Of a stretch of DNA of 64,000 bases, positions 62,815-64,000 are shown piece after piece (positions within the stretch are counted from its first letter, which is position 1; every line of letters starts with the position of its first letter). Source of the stretch: an uncultured cyanobacterium. GTDB lineage: Bacteria > Cyanobacteriota > Cyanobacteriia > Cyanobacteriales > Nostocaceae. The stretch is from the NCBI GenBank assembly GCA_963706595.1, contig OY970166.1, positions 1,504,001 through 1,568,000 on the forward strand, written 5' to 3'. Under the pieces are notes generated by a model. The model was not told where the DNA came from. It searched no databases and saw only the letters and a program-made list of their open reading frames with translations. Position numbers and translations under genes: made by a program.

Positions 62815-62865
62815 CAGTGCGATCGCCTACGGCGGGGCGTAGCCCATCGCCCTTTGCAGAACTGA

Positions 62866-62901
62866 GAGCAGAATTTTGAAAATTTGAGAAGATTTTGATA
62901 G
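62866..62901. promoter_or_regulatory. Possible AraC-type direct-repeat operator between divergent araC and MATE genes
   Basis: GAGCAGAATTTTGAAA / GAGAAGATTTTGATAG imperfect direct repeat, about 20 bp period. Confidence 0.3.
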
Positions 62902-62979
62902 TTCAGACCTTTAAGCTTCCCTAATCTGTGATTATAGCCGATTGAATTACAGATTATAACGCTGGAGATTGTCTTGAGC

Positions 62980-64000
62980 ATGATCACCCCAAATACTCAT
63001 CAGTTGAACATTCATACAGAACTTAAAGCATTTCTAAAATTGGCAATTCCCTTAGCCAGCGCTCAAGTTGCCCAAATTGCAACGGGATTTGCCGATACCG
63101 TGATGATGGGACATTTGGGACGAGAAACCCTAGCGGCTGGAGCATTAGCCTCGATTACCTTCTTCTCACTCCTGGTGACGGCAAGTGGCGTGGTGATGGG
63201 TGTCAGCCCATTGGTGGCAGAAGCCTATGGAGCAGGTAACAAAACTCGTATTGAACAAGTTACCCAACAAGGGTTGTGGTTATCGTTGCTATTAGCAATT
63301 CCAATCATGATTGCGATCGCTCATCTCGATATGTTAATGAGTCGGCTGGGACAAGCTGCAACCACGGTGGAGTTAGCAACAAGTTATCTTGATATCATGC
63401 TGTGGGGATTGTTTCCTGCTTTGGGCTTCGCCATGTTGCGAGGCGTGGTTTCAGGTTTATGTCAGGCTCGTCCCATTTTGGTGATTGTAATTACAGGAAC
63501 AGGCTTTAATATTTTAGGCAACTATATCCTGGGCTTTGGCAAATTCGGATTGCCCCGATTAGAGTTGGTAGGGCTAGCTTTAGCCAGTGCTTTGACGTGG
63601 TGGGGAATGTTTGGGGTACTGATTCTTTACCTGTTGAGACACAAACAATTTCAAGCTTACCAATTCTTCTGGTGCTTGCCTCAATTCCAGCCTCAGATAC
63701 TTTGGCAATTGCTCAAACTAGGGCTGCCAATTGGGGTATTTTCTGCTCTAGAAATTGGTGTGTACACAGTGATTAGCTACTTGATGGCTACCTGGGGAAC
63801 GGATGCGTTAGCTGCACACCAAATTGTATTTCAAACGATCAATCTGATCTATATGGTGCCATTGGGAATGTCATTTGCGGCAACCGCTCGAATTGGTCAG
63901 TGGCTTGGACAGCAAAATGTGGCAGGAATCCGACAAGCTGGTTTCATTAGTCTTGCTGTTGGAAGTGCATGGACAACCATGATTGTAATCGCACTTTTGC
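62980..64000 (+). CDS. MATE (NorM-like) efflux transporter, runs off the window
   Basis: Manual translation: MITPNTHQLNIHTELKAFLKLAIPLASAQVAQIATGFADTVMMGHLGRETLAAGALAS...LAAHQI; GGAG RBS. Confidence 0.92.
   Translation, partial: MITPNTHQLNIHTELKAFLKLAIPLASAQVAQIATGFADTVMMGHLGRETLAAGALASITFFSLLVTASGVVMGVSPLVAEAYGAGNKTRIEQVTQQGLWLSLLLAIPIMIAIAHLDMLMSRLGQAATTVELATSYLDIMLWGLFPALGFAMLRGVVSGLCQARPILVIVITGTGFNILGNYILGFGKFGLPRLELVGLALASALTWWGMFGVLILYLLRHKQFQAYQFFWCLPQFQPQILWQLLKLGLPIGVFSALEIGVYTVISYLMATWGTDALAAHQIVFQTINLIYMVPLGMSFAATARIGQWLGQQNVAGIRQAGFISLAVGSAWTTMIVIALL

Overview
Chromosomal segment of a heterocyst-forming (Nostocales-type) cyanobacterium, inferred from dense HIP1 (GCGATCGC) sites, STRR heptamer tracts, SDR-type mini-repeats, XisH/XisI and CpcD-fused FNR. 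The backbone is housekeeping genes (hemF, mrp, rodA, gshA, trmL, hom, petH, prk, metK, pcrA, ddl, acnB, a ferredoxin). Several accessory modules interrupt it. (i) A Upf1/DNA2-like SF1 helicase plus PLD-fold gene pair resembling Mokosh, with a substituted HKD histidine. (ii) An NB-ARC-TPR NLR and a small upstream helical protein that share a terminal KLADKIG-x4-PG-x3-NI-x2-Q motif, the architecture of an NLR/effector amyloid-signalling pair; this is the most interesting candidate system. (iii) A tnpB-only IS200/IS605 element in the pcrA leader. (iv) A PtuA/PtuB-like ATPase plus HNH pair with no retron RT. (v) A co-oriented array of toxin-antitoxin and unknown cassettes downstream of acnB, punctuated by duplicated gene 3' ends and a HIP1 breakpoint. 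(vi) An AraC/MATE block that truncates a DUF3326-like gene at a HIP1 site. Also present are a frameshifted LysM-M23 gene, TA-duplicating MITE-like elements and a candidate structured ncRNA near 47.4 kb. No rRNA, tRNA or CRISPR array was recognised. All family calls come from motif recognition by eye, not database searches.
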